Shown here piece by piece: positions 47,801 to 60,081 of a stretch of DNA of 64,000 nucleotides. The notes under the pieces are model-generated. The model was not told where the DNA came from. It saw nothing but the letters and a program-made list of their open reading frames with translations, and made no database searches. This stretch comes from Guillardia theta CCMP2712 (lineage: Eukaryota; Protista; Cryptophyta). Positions within the stretch are counted from its first letter, which is position 1. The number at the start of each line of letters is the position of its first letter. Position numbers and translations under genes: made by a program. Where the stretch lies: NCBI RefSeq assembly GCF_000315625.1, contig NW_005434612.1, forward strand, positions 120,584 to 184,583. The letters are read 5' to 3'.

Positions 47801-50453
47801 GGGACGGGAGGAGGCTGGCGGGCATATCGGGGTCAGGCGGTCAGGGATGGGTGTGGGAGGCAGAGACGGGGAGGGGTCAGAAGCTCCAGGGACCCGCGGC
47901 AGGAGTCCAGGGTCTGAGCTGGGGGCCGGACGGGAGGAGGCTGGCGGGCAGATTGAGGTCAGGCGGTCAGGGATGGGTGTGGGAGGCAGAGACGGGGAGG
48001 GGTCAGGAGCTCCAGGGACCCGCGGCAGGAGTCCAGGGTCTGAGCTGGGGGCCGGACGGGAGGAGGCTGGCGGGCATATCGGAGTCAGGCGGTCAGGGAT
48101 GGGTGTGGGAGGCAGAGACGGGGAGGGGTCAGGAGCTGCAGGGACCCGCGGGAGGAGTGAGATATATGAGCTGGGGGCCGGACGGGAGGAGGCTGGCGGG
48201 CAGATTGAGGTCAGGCGGTCAGGGATGGGTGTGGGAGGCAGAGACGGGGAGGGGTCAGGAGCTCCAGGGACCCGCGGCAGGAGTCCAGGGTCTGAGCTGG
48301 GGGCCGGACGGGAGGAGGCTGGCGGGCATATCGGAGTCAGGCGGTCAGGGATGGGTGTGGGAGGCAGAGACGGGGAGGGGTCAGGAGCTCCAGGGACCCG
48401 CGGCAGGAGTCCAGGGTCTGAGCTGGGGGCCGGACGGGAGGAGGCTGGCGGGCATATCGGGGTCAGGCGGTCAGGGATGGGTGTGGGAGGCAGAGACGGG
48501 GAGGGGTCAGGAGCTGCAGGGACCCGCGGGAGGAGTGAGGGATCTGAGCTGGGGGCCGGACGGGAGGAGGCTGGCGGGCATATCGGGGTCAGGCGGTCAG
48601 GGATGGGTGTGGGAGGCAGAGACGGGGAGGGGTCAGAAGCTCCAGGGACCCGCGGGAGGAGTGAGGTATCTGAGCTGGGGGCCGGACGGGAGGAGGCTGG
48701 CGGCCATATCGGAGTCAGGCGGTCAGGGATGGGTGTGGGAGGCAGAGACGGGGAGGGGTCAGAAGCTGCAGGGACCCGCGGGAGGAGTGAGGGATCTGAG
48801 CTGGGGGCCGGACGGGAGGAGGCTGGCGGGCATATCGGGGTCAGGCGGTCAGGGATGGGTGTGGGAGGCAGAGACGGGGAGGGGTCAGCAAATTCGTACA
48901 GATGCTTGTGTTGCTATGTGTTTCTCGGAGGATCCTGTGAAGGTGTGCTGTTGTTTCAAGGTGCGTTGCGCTCATTTGTCAATTTTCGATGTCTCTACAT
49001 GTAAGGTGATACATGAGCTTACGATTGAGGATACAAATACTCTTTGTCTTGGTCTTCACGGCAGCCGGTCTGTTGCCTTGGCTTGGGGCTCAGAGAAGAT
49101 CGTTCGGATGTGGGACGTTGAAGGCAAGACATGTTCTCGAGAGCTTGCAATAAATGTCGGCAGCATGAGCTGGGGGCCAGACGGGAGGAGATTCGCAACT
49201 TGGTCACGGTCAGACACGAAGGTGCGCGTGTGGGAGGTAGAGACAGGGCTGTGCACTCGAGAGCTGGAGGGTCTCGAGGGAGACATGAAAAACATGAGCT
49301 GGGGGGCAGATAGCTCGATGTTGCTTTGTGAGTATGAAACAGACGTTGCTCGAGTGTGGGACGTGGAGACTGGAGAAATACTCATAATGCTTCAACAAAA
49401 AGGTTTGAAACATAGAAAGCGTCTGGTCCATCTGCTTCAAGAAGAACACCTTCTGGTACTGCAAGGGGATATACTCATCAGAACATACAATCTCTGCAAA
49501 TCATACGGAAATCTTCAGAACCTACCAAAATATGAAAGCAACTCTATCAACGCATGGCATTCAAACACAAACAAAGTCGCAGTAACTTCTGAGGGAATTG
49601 CAAAAGTAACAATCTGGCACACAGAAGCGGGGAGGGGTCAGAAGCTCCAGGGACCCCGCGGCAGGAGTGGAGGATCTGAGCTGGGGGCCGGACGGGAGGA
49701 GGCTGGCGGGCATATCGGGGTCAGGCGGTCAGGGATGGGTGTGGGAGGCAGAGACGGGGAGGGGTCAGGAGCTCCAGGGACCCGCGGGAGGAGTCCAGGG
49801 TTCTGAGCTGGGGGNNNNNNNNNNNNNNNNNNNNNNNNNNNNNNNNNNNNNNNNNNNNNNNNNNNNNNNNNNNNNNNNNNNNNNNNNNNNNNNNNNNNNN
49901 NNNNNNNNNNNNNNTGTGGGAGGCAGAGACGGGGAGGGGTCAGGAGCTCCAGGGACCCGCGGGAGGAGTGAGGTATCTGAGCTGGGGGCCGGACGGGAGG
50001 AGGCTGGCGGGCATATCGGAGTCAGGCCGTCAGGCATGGGTGTGGGAGGCAGAGACGGGGAGGGGTCAGAAGCTCCAGGGACCCGCGGGAGGAGTGAGGG
50101 ATCTGAGCTGGGGGCCGGACGGGAGGAGGCTGGCGGGCATATCGGGGTCAGGCGGTCAGGGATGGGTGTGGGAGGCAGAGACGGGGAGGGGTCAGCAACT
50201 GCTGGTAACCCAGTTGGAAAGGTTTCAAGTCAGCTGGGACCTAGTTGGGCAGAAGCTCTTCATCTTCTCTGAGTCTGATGTCTCGGTCAAGACCTTCACC
50301 CTCAACGCCCAAGGCTTCTTCCTCCTCACGTCTGACTTCAATGCGATGGAGCGAGAGCTCGTCTGTCACCATGCCTCCTTCGATCCGACGCTTCCGAACC
50401 CCGTCAGACGCCTGCTGGAGGAGCGAGGAGCCGTAGTGACAGAAACGACCTGA
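44875..50453 (+). CDS. NLR-like STAND protein: putative caspase/CHAT-fold N-terminal domain + NACHT NTPase + pentapeptide repeats + WD40 repeats (3' part interrupted by a frameshift at ~49655 and an assembly gap)
   Basis: Walker A GQAGAGKST (45709), Walker B FFVVLDSYDE (~45910), LTCR sensor, NTPFSL and FIHDLYRSFFLA (NACHT winged helix). Pentapeptides FSGLDLSGVRLAGAIL...LRRADLSGVD...LEGARLEGADF (~46950-47120). WD40 repeats from ~47150. C-terminal ORF 49968-50453 ends NPVRRLLEERGA. No introns apparent. Confidence 0.88.
47665..48888 (+). repeat. Ten near-identical 126-bp (42-aa) WD40-coding repeats; a second block lies at ~49630-50195
   Basis: agctggggg.cggacgggaggaggctggcg recurs every 126 bp at 47665, 47791, 47917, 48043, 48169, 48295, 48421, 48547, 48673 and 48799. 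Confidence 0.97.
49815..49914. other. Assembly gap (100 N) inside the WD40 repeat array
   Basis: Run of N. Confidence 1.
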
Positions 50454-50704
50454 AAGAAACAATCTGATTGCGTACAGTGAGCGGAAGGTACAGTAGAGTG
50501 TGACTGGGAAGGTATGCTCGTATAGCCCAGCATCCTCTTCAGCTGGTTTGCCTACCCAGAGCTCTAGAGCAATCCTAGCTTCTCCTCAGCAGTGTGCGGT
50601 ATCAGCCCTCTGGTCGGGTGTATGGGTGCGGGTCATAAGGCTGCAAGGTAAGTACCTCATGCTTGCGAGGAGCTGAACGAGGCTGCTTGTCGAGCACGAG
50701 CTTC

Positions 50705-50927
50705 TCAGAGCTTGGGGTCGCAGAGGAAGGGACTCGCTTCTCCCTCGCGCCCGTCAGTTTGACACTCAGCAGAGTTGACTAGTCGAGCTGGTTTCAACCC
50801 CCTGAGCCTCACGCGTGGCCCCTGCCAGCAAGTCCGCCTCGCTCCCGGAGGAGAGGATCGAAGCTTCCAGGGCTTCAGAGAGCAGATGGTTAGCCGATGG
50901 ACATGAGGAAGGAGACAGCGAGACGTG

Positions 50928-50983
<56 letters not shown>

Positions 50984-52400
50984 ACTCGTTTCGAAACACA
51001 GCTGCTGCAACCAGCAACCATATCCCTGTCTGGCCCCGTGCTCCCCTCCCTTGGCTGCACCTCCCTCCCCTCCGCCTGCTGGCTCGCAAGGCTCGCCATG
51101 GACGGCTTCATCAGCACAACCTCTAAGTCGCAATCGAGCATCCGCACACGAGCCCGTTGTCGGAATTTCGCTCTAGCGACATCCTGCAAGGACGACCTTG
51201 TTTCTTCTCGATACAACTTCACTGTAAACGAACATTGATCTCACTCTTTCAAGCACCTGGGCACATCAAGACCTCAGCCTCTCGGAGTTGAAGCTCGAGA
51301 TGCGGTGGAAGTAGCCTTACCTCCTCCCTGTGCTTGCTCCGTAAACCCTCCCGCGCAAACTTTCTCTCCAGCATTTCGTAGTCTTCTGAAGTGAAGGGGT
51401 CAACGCCTGAGAAAGCTGAGATCAGTTCGCAGTACGTTGAAGCCTTTTTGCCATCATTTTCAACTGCATCACTTCAAGATTACAACCATCTCAAGATGAC
51501 GCGAGTCAACAGGAGTGAAGTGAAGCAACCGACCTCAGCTGATCCTGCCTCTCTCTTCGTCAGCTTGCCTTGCCTTCTCCATCTCCTGCATCGCCTGGTT
51601 TGCCGCAAGCGAGAATCTTACCGTCATGTCACACCAACGCCATCGCCAATGGTTTGATCTTGAGAGATGAGCGCAGTAGGATCGTCTTCAAAGTCAACCG
51701 CTCGATCTGAGACATCGCCTCACGTGCTTGTACGGCAGCTTCTTGTCCCTTCTGCTCAAGCCATGAATGCTACCTTTCAGGAAGCCATGACCTTCTCAGC
51801 CTTCACAAGGCGATCCAAAGCTTCCAACTCCCTCCCTCTTCCCTCAAACACCTGTCTTGTTGTCAACACCGACGACAAGGGCGCTCGGTCAGCGTACCTT
51901 CCCAGATGCTCTACCTCTCTGTCTTTCTAAAGCCCCGCACTTCTTCTCGAGCTCACAGTAGCTCTAAGTCTTCCCATTGAGCAGCAATGTCACTTTCTTC
52001 ACGGCGCCTTCAGCACTCCGAGGCCTCCAGCCTCGAGCTTCGCAACCTTTCATAGTGGGCCGAAATCATTCTTCTCACTGGGCCTCAGCAAACACGCACG
52101 CGCACACACATCGATGTACGGATCACCGCTGATCAGTTACTATCACTCACTGCATTCCGAGAGTGGAGAAGGTGGTTGAGATTCTCGTTTGCTTCCATCC
52201 AGGTCCTCACCAGCTGAGGCAAGACTTCTATCGAAGCCTCCAATGCGCATCTCCTACCGTGACTGCCATCCCACTCGGTGACAACTTCCTAAGTTTCTCG
52301 CCATCGCACCCGACCAGTTGATCATGGTCTTTGTTTCAAAGGTTTATAAACGAATCTTTTGCACCCACGAATTTCCTCCCGTTTCTATCGAGGAACTAGA
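50705..52400 (-). CDS. Intron-rich hypothetical coiled-coil protein (boundaries approximate)
   Basis: Coding-like segments such as VKLYREETRSSLQDVARAKFRQRARVRMLDCDLEVVLMKPSMASLASQQ, with short GT-AG introns. No recognisable domain. Confidence 0.4.
50929..50982 (-). repeat. (CAG)18 trinucleotide repeat (polyQ if exonic)
   Basis: 18 CTG units on the + strand. Confidence 0.95.
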
Positions 52401-52784
52401 TGAAGCACAGAAGCGTGCCGACACGATCCGAGGCTTCTCCTTGCAGTCCGATGGTCATGCGGGAACTTGGCCATACGCAGGCCCGCGGCTTACCGTACGG
52501 CGCGGCCCCCCGGGTGTGCGGCAGCTCCGAGTCACTGAGACTCACTGGACCAGTTCACTTCACAACGAGTCAAGTTCTGTCAACTAGGAGTAAAATTCTC
52601 AAAGAGGCGTGTAAAAAATCTTTACTCAAAGTTCTCTACTATTGCTTTATACATTCGAATGGAGTCCAAAACCAACTCAATCGCATCAGATCTCATGGCA
52701 TCGTTGAGTTGGGAGGCTGGTTGGCGGGCGGAGAGCAGAGGAGGTGGGGAGGGGGAGAAGAAGAAAGAGAGGGAGGGGAGGGGA

Positions 52785-52884
52785 NNNNNNNNNNNNNNNN
52801 NNNNNNNNNNNNNNNNNNNNNNNNNNNNNNNNNNNNNNNNNNNNNNNNNNNNNNNNNNNNNNNNNNNNNNNNNNNNNNNNNNNN
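52785..52884. other. Assembly gap (100 N) in a purine-rich tract
   Basis: Run of N. Confidence 1.
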
Positions 52885-53280
52885 AGGGAGAGTAGATGAA
52901 CCTGCAGGAGGAGGCTAGGAGGGGGGAAGAGAAGTGAGAACAGGAATTGGAGGAGACATGAAATTACAGATGAGGAAATTGAGGCGAAGGGAAGATGTAC
53001 GAACAAGGAGATGTAGAGGAAGGAAGTACGCGAGACATGTATTTGGAGGATACGAGGACAATGAAATAATTTCCAGCGAATCTTGACTTTGAGAAGTAGA
53101 AAGAATGGCGTTTTCTTACAAGCATTTTGCAATCGCAATCATCAAGCTCGCTGTGAAATCGATTCATGATTTTGAAGCATTCTGTTCAGCACAGTGATCC
53201 AATCGTCCTGGGCGGGGGGCAGTACATCAGAGACATGGCTGCATGAAAGCAAGAGCTTGCATTGATACCCTGGATTGAGC

Positions 53281-56200
53281 ATGAATCGCAACAACCAAGA
53301 TGTGGACATTCAGAGAGCGAAGGACGCAATCAAGGCGCTCAAGAACGGCCTCAAGGTGGAGAAGGGCGTCGTAGAGGAGCGGAACAGGCTCGTGCAGCAT
53401 GGCGGCAAGCAGGAGGGCGCGAGGCAGTATGAGGGGAGGAAAGTTGGTATCGACTTCTTCCAGAGCCCCCGGGGCCCCCCGGGCGATCTGCGCAAGAGGA
53501 GGGACAACCACCCGGGCAGGCAGGGGCTCGCTGGCGAGTATCCAGGGGACAGGACCAAGGGGAACCCTTGGGAATGGAACTGCGAGTGGGAGGAGATGGG
53601 CATGCCGCAGGAGACTAAGGCCGCCATGGAGGCAGAGAACAGGAGGGTGGCGGGGAGGGGAGGGCAGCCAGGGCGCCTCGTGTATGGGAGGGGGATCTAC
53701 CCGATAGTGCAGGGCGAGCTGATCAAAGCGGAGGCGGAGAGGAAGCAGAAGGAGCTGAACGTCAACTATGGGCAAGTGCTGGCGGAAAGATGCGCGCAGA
53801 TCCTTCAGTTCGAGGCGTTGAGGAGGGATGTGTTCGAAGGGAGAGTGTGCTGGGAGAAGAAAGACGGGAGGTTGGCGATCTCCTCCTCCTATCCTCCTCC
53901 TCTCCTCCTCCTCCTCCTCCTCTCCTCCTCTCCTCCTCTCCTCCTCTCCTCCTCTCCTCCTCTCCTCCTCTCCTCCTCCTCTTCTCCTCCTCCTCCTCCT
54001 CCTCCTCCTCCTCCTCTTCCTCCTCTCCTGCTCCTGCTCCTGCTCCTAACCTCTCATCCTTCTGCTGCTCCTCGTGTCCTCCTCCTCCTCCTCCTCCTCC
54101 TCGGCCCCTGACCCGCAAGTCGCAGGTGGACGGTGAAGGGGCACATCGAGGATGACTACCTGATCTTGGCGGCGAGGAAGGGCATCGACTTGCTCAACGA
54201 GACTCCCTTCTACTTCGACCGTCCTGGTCCAATGCAGTCTCCCTGCTGACCAGCCCTGACTTGCTGCTGTGCTGCTCACTGCAGAAGGAGATCGCAGGCC
54301 TCGTCGTCAGCACGAGATGCTGTCGCAGCTGTGCAGGGCTAACACCCTGCGAGACGTGAAAGCGGTGCGGGCAGCTGAACTGACGATGCCTGCGGTGCTG
54401 ATGGAGGGTGTGGGATGTTGTTGCAGATTCCGAAGCCGAACCCGCCGTATGCGTGGGTGGAGGAGGAGGAGAAGGGCGGAAATTACCCTCAGCGGACGGA
54501 ATGGGACCTTCGGAGTCTCCTCAGAGGTGATGGAGGATGTATGTTGCGCGGGAATTATGGTGCTTGCGATGTCGAGACGATCTCTCTGACCTCCAGTGAT
54601 GTCTTGTGATAAAGTTGTTCTTTCTTCTTGTCTTGACGAGGTGTCACGCCCTCTCTTGCACGATTTCAAAGCGTTGCTCGACGTTGCAGTTGTGAAATTT
54701 CATGACACTCTTGCAGGCGAGCGGAGGACTGTTGCAATGCAGCGGGCAGAGGTGATTGACAGGCGTGCTGATCTCTCGGGTGTGAACGAACTTGTTGTGC
54801 TGCAGAGAGGCAAAGAAATGGAGTGAGCGACGTTGGTGAGGAAACTAATTGAGCCTGCGATCGTCTCGTTTCTTCCATCCTCCTTCAGTATCCCTTGACA
54901 GATCGATTGACACCTGCAGTTGAACGAGCTGACGACTGGGACGGCGATGGGAATGAAGATGAAGATGCGATGATGCAGCAGGTGGCTGCGTGTGTGGAAG
55001 CTCTCAGGCTCTGAATCTGCTCGCGGCAGGAAGCAGCTGTGATGGAGTCTGAGGATGGGAGAGAGGTCCAAGTGTTCTATCCAGGTCAAGAGTGTGGGAG
55101 CAAGAGATCATGGAGTCAGAGCGAGGGGAGGGAGGGAGAGTGAGGGAAGGGCGAGAGGAGGGAGGGGAGGGAGGGGAGGGGGAGGGGAGGGAGGAGGAGG
55201 GAAAGTGGAGGGAAGGGCGAGGAGGAGGGAGGGAGGAGGCGGGAGGGAGGGAGGGAGGGAGGGAGGGAAGTGGAGGGAANNNNNNNNNNNNNNNNNNNNN
55301 NNNNNNNNNNNNNNNNNNNNNNNNNNNNNNNNNNNNNNNNNNNNNNNNNNNNNNNNNNNNNNNNNNNNNNNNNNNNNNNCAGGGTCAAGGTCTCAACTCG
55401 CAGCTGCTCCGCCTGCACACCATGACGCGGAGTCCTTCAAGGATCTGACTCCCATGGAGGTCCGGCCGTTGTTGTGACCCAGTCCCGTCGTCACGCCTTC
55501 CCCAGATTGAAGTCGCGCTGAACCCTCCGACGAGGAGGATCGAAGTGTTCCATCATGTGAGCTGCGTTCCCCCCCACATCACCTTCCCCTTCCCACTCCT
55601 GCTCCTTCTCCTCCATCCTCCTCCCGTTCTTCATCTTCCTCCTCCTCTCAAAGGGGCTTGCAGATGGGAAAGCTTGTGCAGCCCGATCCCAAACAGGCCA
55701 TGGGCAACCAGCAGCAGGTGGTTCCTCCTGCTCTTGACCTCGGCCAATGGTGACTTTCTGCCGCTGCGGCAGTTCTGCCACGGAGGAAGCGTTCTCCCTC
55801 CAGACAGGAGGATAGGGGTGGTGGATGCCGGGGAGCTGCCGACGGGGAAGGTGTGCAGCGCTGCTCTCATCGTCTCCTCCTCCTAATGGGGGCAGGTGGT
55901 TGGAGGGAAGAGCGTGTACGGTGACTGCGGCGTCCTGGGAGGAGATGGGAGGCTTCTGGGCAAGGCGCATCCTTTCAGGTGTTTTTCCCCCTGCTCTTCA
56001 CTTCGCTCCTGACCTGGAGGACGTAGGGATGGCGCTGGGGAGGAGGAGGAGGACGGGGTCCCTGCCTTTGGAAGGTTCAAGATCGCAGGTTCAGTCAGGG
56101 AGCTCCCCCTCCCTCCATTCCCCTTGACGGGATCCGCAGGAAACAGGAACTACGGGCTCAACCGCAACCTCCTCAACCCTGTGGCTCCGCTGGAGGGGGA

Positions 56201-56384
56201 GGTGGCGAAATTTGTCGATCGGGGAGACGGAGTAGTGCAGTGCTGCTTCAGGTTCTGCCTGCTGTCTCCCAGCTCACGGTCTGCTGACCTCTGTGCAGGA
56301 ACATGCCGGTCAAGCCTCCGAACCGGCGGACGTACAGGAGGGACGACCTGCGGCCTGTTTCGGTCAACAACACGTTCTGTCTGA
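53281..56384 (+). CDS. Multi-exon hypothetical protein (boundaries approximate; may start near 52659)
   Basis: Long GC-rich exon 53281-53870 (MNRNNQDVDIQRAKDAIKALKNG...VCWEKKDGR) and later exons WTVKGHIEDDYLILAARKGIDLLNETPFYFDRP, IPKPNPPYAWVEEEEKGGNYPQRTEWDLRSLLR and NRNYGLNRNLLNPVAPLEGEVAKFVDRG. Confidence 0.5.
53880..54102 (+). repeat. Intronic (CCT/CTCCT)n pyrimidine-rich low-complexity tract
   Basis: Lies between a GT donor at ~53871 and an AG acceptor at ~54126. Confidence 0.85.
55280..55379. other. Assembly gap (100 N) after a (GGA/GGGA)n tract
   Basis: Run of N. Confidence 1.
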
Positions 56385-56500
56385 GGTGATGCGGAGAGAG
56401 TGATAATCGTACACTCGATAAAGTGAGATCGTCTGAATAGTTTACAACTGCAAAACCTTTTGCGGTAAATATGAACAGTACTCTACACAAAACACACAAA

Positions 56501-57346
56501 TTACAGGTGGAATGGGTCAAGGATGGTCATCGACGTCAGGGTCCCACGGATGGGAGACAGCACGTCGCCCTCACTGCTCCCACTGCTGCTCGCCCTCATC
56601 GCTGCCCACTCGATGTTGGCACTCAGGATCTGCCGCTTCATGGCCTCGACTCGCCGCTGAGCGTCGATCCTCTGCTGGTTCAAAACCTCCTCCTGCCTCC
56701 GAATATCTTCATTCAGGCTCGAAGGGATCTCCAAGAGGATCTTCTCGAAGCACTTGCGAGCCTTCAGGTTTCCCTTGGCGGCTAGCTTGCGCACGTAATT
56801 GGCCGCAACCATCCTGATGTTGGACTTGAGTCTTTCCGACATCTCGGCGCCGACATGCAGGGCGTCGATGGACAGGCTGAACAGCTCGCATCCACCAGCA
56901 GCTCCGACCAAGAAGGCTGGAGGACCCGCGTGAACGGAGTCTGTTACGTCCCATTCCGACTTGCTGAGCTGCACCGCCATGTTGCACAGCGCCTCGAAGC
57001 CGACAATGCTGTGTGTCAACTGAAGCTTCTTCTGGTGGGCATTCACCAGATACACGCTGCCTTTCTCTACCAAGAACACAGCCTGGTCCACTCGATCCAG
57101 CTGATAGATCTGTCCTGGGGACAGCCTGACAGTTTTGGTTGCCTTGGCGACTTTTGACCGGACGTGGGTACTAACGCCCTCGAAAATGGAGAACTGAGAA
57201 AGCATCTTGATCATGTTGAGCATTCGGACCCGCCGGAAGCTCGACTGGCATGCCTCAGGTTCAGAGTGTCTTCGAAGGATGCTGGTGGGAGAAGTTGGAA
57301 TCTGTTGCAGTGTCCACAAGCTGGAAGTTAGTACTCCAGCAGACAT
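56501..57346 (-). CDS. Cyclic-nucleotide-binding (cNMP/CAP-like) domain protein with a C-terminal coiled coil
   Basis: LSQFSIFEGVS...VRLSPGQIY...AVFLVEKGSVYLV...IVGFEALC...CELFSLS is a cNMP-binding-domain pattern. The phosphate-binding cassette looks degenerate (no clear PRxA). Confidence 0.6.
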   Translation of the reverse strand: MSAGVLTSSLWTLQQIPTSPTSILRRHSEPEACQSSFRRVRMLNMIKMLSQFSIFEGVSTHVRSKVAKATKTVRLSPGQIYQLDRVDQAVFLVEKGSVYLVNAHQKKLQLTHSIVGFEALCNMAVQLSKSEWDVTDSVHAGPPAFLVGAAGGCELFSLSIDALHVGAEMSERLKSNIRMVAANYVRKLAAKGNLKARKCFEKILLEIPSSLNEDIRRQEEVLNQQRIDAQRRVEAMKRQILSANIEWAAMRASSSGSSEGDVLSPIRGTLTSMTILDPFHL

Positions 57347-58599
57347 TCCAAATGCAAGACGTCCAGGTCCGCTCCGCACTACAACTTTAGAACGAAGAAG
57401 CGGAACAGAATAGAGTGGATCGCAGTGGAAGCTTTTGACGAGTGAGACTTGTCGCTAGTTTGGCAGTGAAGGATAAGCGAAGGGAGGCTACGACGGGGGT
57501 AAAGCAATGGTACGATGACAGGGCGTAGGGCTTGCACGAGAGAGTATACAAGTAAGACGAGGAACGAGGAAAGGAGAATGTGGAGGGGAGGGAGAGGAGG
57601 AGTGGGTGAGCAATTTAGGAGGGGACGAAGAGGACGAACGAGGGGGGGGAACAGGAGGACGGGGGATGTGGAGGGGGGAAACTAGGAGGAAGAGGGGGAG
57701 GAGCAGGAACTCTCAAGTTCTGCTAGTCCCCCGCCTTCAAGTCCTTTCTCACAATGGGGAGACGGGGGGTGGTGCAGGAGCAAGGTGGGTACTCCTTCTC
57801 ATGGCCACAGCTTCTTGCTATCAAAGGTAGGGTACTTATGAGGGATTAGGATGGGTAGTATGAAATTTCCAGGGGTGGATTCGCAGCCCACTGAACTGAA
57901 AACAGAGTGGGTGGGTGGTTGACTTGGGGAACGAGTAATTTCGAGTGCCACGGGTACATCAAATGGAGAAAAGTAGGGTAGTAAGGGTGGCCATAGAAGT
58001 TTGGAGGTAGGGTAGTGGAGAGACTGAAATGGAGGGTGGTATTTGAAAGGGGTAGGGTTTGTGCAGACGCATCATTGGGGTGAATGCCAACATCGTCAGG
58101 GTGGGGTCCTCTATAGAGGGTGATTGAGGGGCAAAGTGGGGTAGTATTGAAGAAGTCAAGTGAGAAATAACTGAGAGGGTGGGTCCATGTTTATAATGGG
58201 TGGGGTGGTCATTTGGGCCGGGGAATATTCGAATTTTCGAAAAAGAGTCATTTCGATTTTTTTGAGAATCGATTTAGAAATACCCCTCCTTTTCTAGTCC
58301 GAACCACCCGTGTCCTAACTCGGATCGATCTTCCTCCCCAAGCACCCCCACCTTTTCGGGCGTTGAGGAAACTGGCGGCCAGGGGTCATCGCCAAGTCGC
58401 AGGGTTCTACTACCCCGATTTTCAGCAGAGATTCCCCCTGGGGGTAGGGTAGACCAAAAATAAAACTGTTTTCTAATTTACGCCTCCCTGCTGATGTAAA
58501 CTGATGACTTGAGCCGTCGCACTAATTCATAATGTAGTAAATCATTGCTGCCTCAATTCAGTTCGAATAAATCCTCTGAGGTGGACTTGGTCAGCAGAA

Positions 58600-59600
58600 A
58601 TATCATTTGCGATCTTCGGAGTTGCAATGCGGCACCGGAATCATGGCAAAGAAATCGACAACGGTACAAGCACTTGAACACAATAATGTGATTCTCAAGA
58701 GAACATCCAAGGCAGAGATCCTATCTGTCTGTACACTCTTGTGAATCATGAAGTAGACGAAGGTTGCTGGCACGTGCCAGTCACGGCGGTGACGAGTCTG
58801 TGAGAAACAGCCCAGCATAAGCTCCTGCACTAGGTTCCTGAATAGGTTTGGCTACATCCAAGCCTGCAAACATGATCTCCTCTCTTTCCTACCCCCTCTT
58901 CCCCACTTTCCCCTCCGTTCTCTTCCTGGGTTGACGGCTGTGGAGTTTGATTAGAGGAAAACTCGGCGTTGCTGGTTTCCGATAGATCTTGTGTTGACCT
59001 TCATGGTCAGCAGGGCATGTTGCCCAAAGTCTCCCAGCCTTATTCCATCGATATTGAAAGCGACTTTTCTATCGACTTATCTCGCTTGTTCCTACCATGC
59101 CGCTGCATGCAGAGGGGCAAGAGGGAAGAAGCCGTTGCAATGCCATGATCATCAGAAACTTCCAGTGCCTCTCACATTTCTTTAAATTTGCATGGAGGAA
59201 ACGAAATATTGGGCTTGGTGCATGGATTGAATCTTGATTCAAACAAAAAGCACATCTTAGAAACACGTATGCCTTCCATACTGCTGATTGGATGTTATTC
59301 AGACCTTTCAATACGAAAGGATATTAGGAAGTCATGACAGGCATGCATCATGGCCTGACATTTCTTGTCCAGCTCTGTAAAGTTCAACAGACCGAGATGG
59401 AGACTGCCGACGTCCCTGGAGTTTCTGCTGAACACGAACAGGAGCTTTGCCGGCAAAGTGGCAACACAGCAGAAGTAATTTGTCTTGTATCTGAGAGGAT
59501 TGCCTCGCTAGACTGATCCATTCAATCTGGTAAACACTTGTACGTGCATCTCCTTCAAAGCACGATATACCTTGAGATCCAGCCCCAACAGACTTGTGTT
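58600..59600 (+). CDS. Possible intron-rich hypothetical gene
   Basis: Several short AG/GT-bounded coding-like segments. Frame not reconstructed. Confidence 0.25.
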
Positions 59601-60081
59601 CTGTTTTCGACGGTCTGTTGGGTGGCTCGTCCATCCACGGAAGAGGAAGGAGACCTCTTCTCTCCCTCCTTCCTTTACACTACCTCCCTCCCTCCCTCCC
59701 TGCCTGCCTGCCTGCCTCCCTCCCTCCTTCATCCCTCCCTTCGTCGTTCGCTCCTTCGCCTTTCATTTTAGTCATGTTGAGTGAAAATGTTCAACTTTTT
59801 TGTGTTGATCGGCTTTGTCAAAGTTGTCAACTTTTCCCTCTGTACGAACGAGGGACAGGGACGCGAGAGGCAGAGGAGGAACGTGCAGGAGGGAGGGATC
59901 AAGAGCAAGAGGGAGGGAGGGATCAAGAGCAAGAGGGAGGGAGGAAGAGAGGGAGGGGGAGAAAGGGAGGTATAGGGAGGGATAGGGAGGGAGGGAGAAG
60001 AAGAGGGAGAGAGGGAGGAAGAGGAGTACGACTACGGCAAAGAGGGAGAGGGAGAGGGAGGGGGAGGGGGGACAGAAGGCG

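Noticed and set aside
47646-49004. 452-aa Gly/Arg-rich alternative-frame ORF
   Set aside because: Shadow frame of the stop-free, GC-rich 126-bp WD40 repeats.
49640-49970. Frameshifts in the NACHT-WD40 3' region as evidence of pseudogenisation
   Set aside because: They lie within ~200 bp of an N gap in a collapsed repeat, where base calls are unreliable, so an assembly artefact is more likely. Needs long reads.
53762-55477. Poly-Glu/Gly/Pro/Leu ORFs in purine- or pyrimidine-rich tracts (also 1650-1790, 44371-44856 and 59594-60134)
   Set aside because: Low-complexity intronic or intergenic simple repeats produce spurious open frames.
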